DNA from: a virus
Reading direction: 5' to 3' (one strand)
Virus record (IMG/VR): IMGVR_UViG_3300042453_004886
Span: 130,627 to 194,626 of that record
DNA: 64,000 nucleotides
Numbering within the stretch: position 1 is the stretch's first letter; each line of letters starts with the position of its first letter. A model generated the notes under the pieces. It was not told where the DNA came from, did no database searches, and worked only from the letters and a program-made list of their open reading frames with translations. The translations under genes and the position numbers were made by a program. Shown here piece after piece: positions 63,977 through 64,000 of the stretch.

Positions 63977-64000
63977 GTGCTGTCTGGGCATTGAACAGCT

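Noticed and set aside
1-64000. Stop-codon reassignment
   Set aside because: Long, motif-complete ORFs under code 11 end in TAA, TAG and TGA, and no suppressor tRNA is present.

Overview
A 64-kb, gene-dense, mostly plus-strand segment of a large tailed bacteriophage genome (standard genetic code; no rRNA, no CRISPR array). 1-15 kb: small accessory ORFs plus a tRNA cluster. The cluster holds tRNA-Asn(GTT), an intron-split tRNA-Ile2(CAT), a D-arm-less tRNA-Arg(TCT)-like gene, an intron-split tRNA-Leu(TAA) preceded by an HNH gene flanked by a 20-bp copy of the tRNA 5' end, and tRNA-Ile(TAT). This region also encodes a deaminase, a four-copy NQAYKWL paralog array, a spore-photoproduct-lyase-like radical SAM enzyme and ThyX. 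15-44 kb: virion module with two triads of paralogous fibre/F5-8-domain proteins, poly-Thr (mucin-like) proteins, a GT-A glycosyltransferase, a head-domain/ferritin fusion and RNase H. 44-64 kb: DNA metabolism genes (DinG, HNH, SpoVS, metallophosphoesterase, HIRAN, vWA/metallopeptidase plus MoxR ATPase, family A polymerase, clamp-like proteins, two UDGs, an orphan Phd antitoxin). Best candidate for an undescribed system: a phage-encoded O-glycosylation ('mucin coat') module for virion proteins. All product calls come from motif reading without database searches.
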